A stretch of DNA of 64,000 nt, from assembly GCA_036267875.1 (NCBI GenBank), contig DATAVE010000064.1, positions 3,546 to 67,545 on the forward strand, written 5' to 3'. Source of the stretch: Mycobacteriales bacterium (lineage in GTDB: Bacteria > Actinomycetota > Actinomycetes > JAFAQI01). Positions 60,576-64,000 of this stretch are shown one piece after another. The notes below the pieces were generated by a model that worked only from the letters and a program-made list of their open reading frames with translations, was not told where the DNA came from and made no database searches. Positions within the stretch are counted from its first letter, which is position 1. Each line of letters opens with the position of its first letter. Both the position numbers and the translations under genes were made by a program.

Positions 60576-61411
60576 GCACTGCACTCGATCACTACCCTTG
60601 CCGAATGTCCGTCCTCGACGACATCGTGCGCGGGGTTCGTGAGGATCTCGCAGAGCGAGAGCGGGCCCTCCCGCTCGATGCTGTCAAGGAGCTGGCGGCG
60701 CGCGCCCCTGCTCCCCGCGATGCGGTTGCCGCATTGTCCGGCGAGGGTGTCGCCGTCATCGCCGAGGTAAAGCGCTCCAGCCCGAGCGCCGGCAACCTCG
60801 CGTCGATCGGTGATCCCGCCGCGCTTGCGAAGGAGTACGCCGCAGGTGGCGCCGCTGTCATCTCGGTGCTGACCGAGCAGCGCCGCTTCAACGGCTCGCT
60901 CGCAGATCTCGACGCGGTGCGCGCCGCCGTCGAGATCCCGGTGCTCCGCAAGGACTTCGTGGTCACGCCGTACCAGGTGTGGGAGGCCCGTGCCCACGGT
61001 GCCGACGTCGTGCTGCTGATCGTCGCTGCTCTCGAGCAGCAGGTGCTCGTCAGCTTGCGCGAGCGGATCGAGAGTCTCGGAATGACCGCACTGGTCGAGG
61101 CACACGACGAGACCGAGGCACTGCGTGCACTTGACGCCGGAGCCCGCGTGATCGGCGTGAACAATCGCAACTTGCGAACCCTCGAGGTTGACCGGGAAAC
61201 GTTCACCCGCGTTGCCGCGGAGATTCCGTCATCGGTCATCCGGGTCGCCGAGAGCGGCATCCGCGGGCCACACGATCTGCTGGCGGCAGCGGCGTCCGGT
61301 GCGGACGCGGTGCTGGTGGGCGAAGGCCTGGTGAAGGCCGACAGTCCCCGGCAGGCTGTTGCTGACCTGGTAGCAGCGGGCGTTCACCCGTCGTGCCGCC
61401 ACCCAGCCTGA
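60572..61411 (+). CDS. trpC: Indole-3-glycerol phosphate synthase TrpC
   Basis: ...[14 protein letters not shown]...FLIGE... barrel. Start ATG 60572 (alternative ATG 60605, MSVLDDIV). Confidence 0.9.
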   Translation: MSTALDHYPCRMSVLDDIVRGVREDLAERERALPLDAVKELAARAPAPRDAVAALSGEGVAVIAEVKRSSPSAGNLASIGDPAALAKEYAAGGAAVISVLTEQRRFNGSLADLDAVRAAVEIPVLRKDFVVTPYQVWEARAHGADVVLLIVAALEQQVLVSLRERIESLGMTALVEAHDETEALRALDAGARVIGVNNRNLRTLEVDRETFTRVAAEIPSSVIRVAESGIRGPHDLLAAAASGADAVLVGEGLVKADSPRQAVADLVAAGVHPSCRHPA

Positions 61412-62598
61412 TGGAGCCGACGATCGAGCACTCCGACGGCCGGTTTGGGCCGTATGGCGGTCGTTACGTCCCTGAGGCGCTGATTGCCGCTCTCGACCAG
61501 CTCGATGACGTCTACGCAGCGGCGCGCCGCGACCCGGAGTTCGTCGCGGAGTTCGACCGGCTGTTGCGCGAGTACGCCGGTCGCCCGTCGATGCTCTACG
61601 AAGCTGAGCGATTCTCCGAAGCCGTGGGTGCTCGCGTGCTGCTCAAGCGCGAGGACCTCAACCACACCGGTGCCCACAAGATCAACAACGTGCTGGGTCA
61701 AGCGCTGCTGACGAAGCGGATGGGCAAGCCGCGGGTGATCGCCGAGACAGGTGCCGGCCAGCACGGCGTTGCCACGGCAACCGCGGCTGCCCTCTTCGGA
61801 CTCGAGTGCACCGTCTACATGGGCGAGGTCGACACCAAACGACAGGCGCTCAACGTCGCGCGGATGCGGTTGCTCGGTGCTGAGGTAACGCCGGTCACGA
61901 GCGGCTCGCGGACTCTCAAGGACGCCATGAATGAGGCGTTTCGGGACTGGGTGACGAACGTCGACACCACGCACTACGTCATCGGCTCGGTCGGCGGGCC
62001 CGCGCCGTTCCCGGCGATGGTGCGTGACTTCGCCTCCGTCATCGGCACCGAGGCTCGTGCGCAGTGCCTGGACAAGCTGGGCCGGCTCCCGGATGTCGTC
62101 TGCGCCTGTGTCGGCGGCGGCTCGAACGCGATGGGCATCTTCAGCGCCTTCATCCCTGACGCGGATGTGCGGCTCTACGGGTTCGAAGCCGGCGGCGAGG
62201 GGATCGAGACCGGCAAGCACGCCGCGACGCTTACCGGCGGATCGCCGGGCGTCCTGCACGGCTCCCGGTCGTACGTGTTGCAGGACGAGGACGGCCAGAC
62301 CCGCGAGTCGCATTCGATCTCCGCCGGCCTGGACTATCCCGGAGTTGGGCCAGAGCACGCTTGGCTCAAGGACATCGGCCGGGCCACCTACGAACCGATC
62401 GATGACGAGGACGCGATGGAGGCCTTCCGGCTGCTGTGCCGGACGGAAGGCATCATTCCTGCGATCGAGAGCTCGCACGCGCTTGCCGGGGCACGGTCGA
62501 TTGCCCGCCGCGAGCCCGACTCGATCCTGTTGGTCAACCTCTCCGGCCGGGGCGACAAGGACATGGATACGGCCGCCCACTGGTTCGGCCTGGTCTGA
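61411..62598 (+). CDS. trpB: Tryptophan synthase beta subunit TrpB
   Basis: ...[14 protein letters not shown]... PLP lysine motif. Start ATG 61411 overlaps the trpC stop (alternative ATG 61393). Confidence 0.9.
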   Translation: MEPTIEHSDGRFGPYGGRYVPEALIAALDQLDDVYAAARRDPEFVAEFDRLLREYAGRPSMLYEAERFSEAVGARVLLKREDLNHTGAHKINNVLGQALLTKRMGKPRVIAETGAGQHGVATATAAALFGLECTVYMGEVDTKRQALNVARMRLLGAEVTPVTSGSRTLKDAMNEAFRDWVTNVDTTHYVIGSVGGPAPFPAMVRDFASVIGTEARAQCLDKLGRLPDVVCACVGGGSNAMGIFSAFIPDADVRLYGFEAGGEGIETGKHAATLTGGSPGVLHGSRSYVLQDEDGQTRESHSISAGLDYPGVGPEHAWLKDIGRATYEPIDDEDAMEAFRLLCRTEGIIPAIESSHALAGARSIARREPDSILLVNLSGRGDKDMDTAAHWFGLV

Positions 62599-63395
62599 TG
62601 GGCTCGGGGGAGGCGTACGCCGCGGCCAAGGCGGAGGGTCGCGCGGCGCTGGTCGGATACCTGCCAGCCGGCTTCCCGTCGTACGACGGATGCGTCGAGG
62701 CGATGCGCGCGCTCGTCGACGGTGGGGCCGACATCATCGAGGTCGGTCTGCCCTATAGCGACCCGGTGCTCGACGGACCGACGATCCAGGCTGCGACCGA
62801 GCACGCGCTGCGCAGCGGCACGCGGATCACCGACGTGCTCCGGACCGTCGAGGCGACGGCGGCGCTCGGCGTCTCGGTGGTCCTGATGACGTACTGGAAT
62901 CCCGTGCTCGCGTACGGCGTCGAGCGTTTTGCCAAGGACCTGCAGTCGGCGGGTGGGCAAGGGCTGATCACTCCCGACCTGATACCCGACGAGGGACAGG
63001 AGTGGGTGGAGGTATCCGAGCGACTTGGGCTCGAGCGGATCTTTCTGGTCGCGCCTTCGTCATCGCCTGCACGAATCGCGAGCACAGTGGCGGACTGCCG
63101 TGGCTGGGTCTACGCCGCATCGACGATGGGGGTCACCGGTGCACGCACTGCTACCTCAGCCGGCGCTCCTGATCTTGTGACCAAGGTCCGAGCGGCGACC
63201 GATCTGCCCGTGGGAGTCGGCCTCGGGGTATCGACCGGCGCGCAGGCGGCCGAGGTAGCCGCCTATGCGGACGGCGTGATCGTCGGCTCCGCGCTGGTGC
63301 GGTGTCTGCTCGACGCCGCCGACGACGCCGCGGGCGCAGTTGCCGTCGGTGCGCTCGCGACCGAGCTCGCGGCCGGCGTACGCGCCGGGCGCTGA
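62598..63395 (+). CDS. trpA: Tryptophan synthase alpha subunit TrpA
   Basis: ...YLPAGFPSYD...EVGLPYSDPVLDGPTIQ... Start ATG overlaps the trpB stop. Confidence 0.9.
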   Translation: MGSGEAYAAAKAEGRAALVGYLPAGFPSYDGCVEAMRALVDGGADIIEVGLPYSDPVLDGPTIQAATEHALRSGTRITDVLRTVEATAALGVSVVLMTYWNPVLAYGVERFAKDLQSAGGQGLITPDLIPDEGQEWVEVSERLGLERIFLVAPSSSPARIASTVADCRGWVYAASTMGVTGARTATSAGAPDLVTKVRAATDLPVGVGLGVSTGAQAAEVAAYADGVIVGSALVRCLLDAADDAAGAVAVGALATELAAGVRAGR

Positions 63396-63398
63396 TGG

Positions 63399-63446
63399 AC
63401 TTGTCAGACCCCAGCGACGCTCGGGGGCGCTGTGAGTCTGACAAGT
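63399..63446 (+). terminator. Terminator-like hairpin between trpA and lgt (11-bp outer stem ACTTGTCAGAC/GTCTGACAAGT with a nested inner GC stem)
   Basis: Perfect inverted repeat read from the sequence, 4 nt after the trpA stop and 15 nt before the lgt start. Confidence 0.45.
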
Positions 63447-63461
63447 AACCTCGGCGCGGCG

Positions 63462-64000
63462 ATGCTTCCTGTTCACATCCCGAGTCCGTCGCGTGCGATC
63501 GTCCACCTCGGGCCGGTCCCGATCCGGTTCTACGCGCTGTGCATCATCGCCGGTGTCATCGCGGCGGCGATCATCGGCGACCGCCGTTTCGTCGCTCGCG
63601 GCGGCCGCAAAGGCGCGATCGCCGATGTCGCGACGTGGGCAGTCCCGTTCGGTCTGGTTGGTGCCCGGCTCTACCACTTGGCGACCAACCCTGAGCTCTA
63701 TTGGGGGAAGAACGGCCAGGGCACTCTCGCGGCTTTCAAGATCTGGGATGGGGGACTCGGGATCTGGGGTGGGGTCCTCCTAGGCGCGCTAGGCGCCTGG
63801 TTGGCCTGCAAGCACTACAAGCTCGAGTTCGGGGTCGTCGCCGACTCTCTGGCGCCGGCGTTGCCGGTCGCCCAGGCGCTTGGCCGTTGGGGCAACTGGT
63901 TCAACCAAGAGCTCTACGGTCGCCCGACCTCGCTGCCGTGGGGCCTGCACATCGGTACTGCGCATCGCCCCGTCGGCGCGAAGTACGCGGCGATCGCGTA
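63462..64000 (+). CDS. lgt: Prolipoprotein diacylglyceryl transferase Lgt (partial, continues past the window)
   Basis: MLPVHIPSPSRAIVHLGPVPIRFYALCIIAG...GARLYH...FKIWDGGLGIWGG...RWGNWFNQELYG Lgt signature. The frame is open to the window end. Confidence 0.85.
   Translation, partial: MLPVHIPSPSRAIVHLGPVPIRFYALCIIAGVIAAAIIGDRRFVARGGRKGAIADVATWAVPFGLVGARLYHLATNPELYWGKNGQGTLAAFKIWDGGLGIWGGVLLGALGAWLACKHYKLEFGVVADSLAPALPVAQALGRWGNWFNQELYGRPTSLPWGLHIGTAHRPVGAKYAAIA

Overview
This window is a high-GC (~70%) actinobacterial chromosome segment, almost fully coding, with strongly GC3-biased codon usage. Gene order matches the Mycobacterium tuberculosis Rv2164c–Rv2175c and Rv1599–Rv1614 neighbourhoods. 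Contents from start to end: (1) A thiamine and carotenoid block. A TPP riboswitch controls a divergent thiO. An Rv2175c-like gene and thiE are followed, with overlapping start/stop codons, by the heterodimeric lycopene cyclase genes crtYc and crtYd and a YcaQ-like gene. crtE-crtI-crtB lie on the other strand, followed by metF and a second CrtI-family oxidoreductase. (2) A ybaK-GNAT operon lies divergent from a perfect actinobacterial LexA box (TCGAACATATGTTCGA). The box sits in the promoter of a HEPN(SAV_6107-family)-dinB operon. (3) A MoxR - DUF58 - transglutaminase triad. (4) A complete dcw cluster, mraZ through ftsZ, then pgeF, yggS, sepF, yggT and divIVA. It conspicuously lacks ftsQ: murC is followed by a 308-nt lower-GC non-coding leader and then ftsZ. 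(5) Two lysine/alanine-rich histone-H1-like proteins flank ileS. One is a small membrane protein. The other is a TraR/DksA zinc-finger protein with a ~330-aa AKKA-repeat N-terminal extension, heading a DksA-lspA-rluD-membrane-protein operon. (6) Two tandem secreted GH16-like paralogs with lower GC. (7) dnaE. (8) A lipid glycosyltransferase plus polysaccharide deacetylase pair. (9) The his operon, with a gene on the opposite strand between hisC and hisB. (10) trpE, a trp-associated membrane protein, trpCBA and lgt. No rRNA, tRNA, CRISPR or obvious mobile elements were seen.
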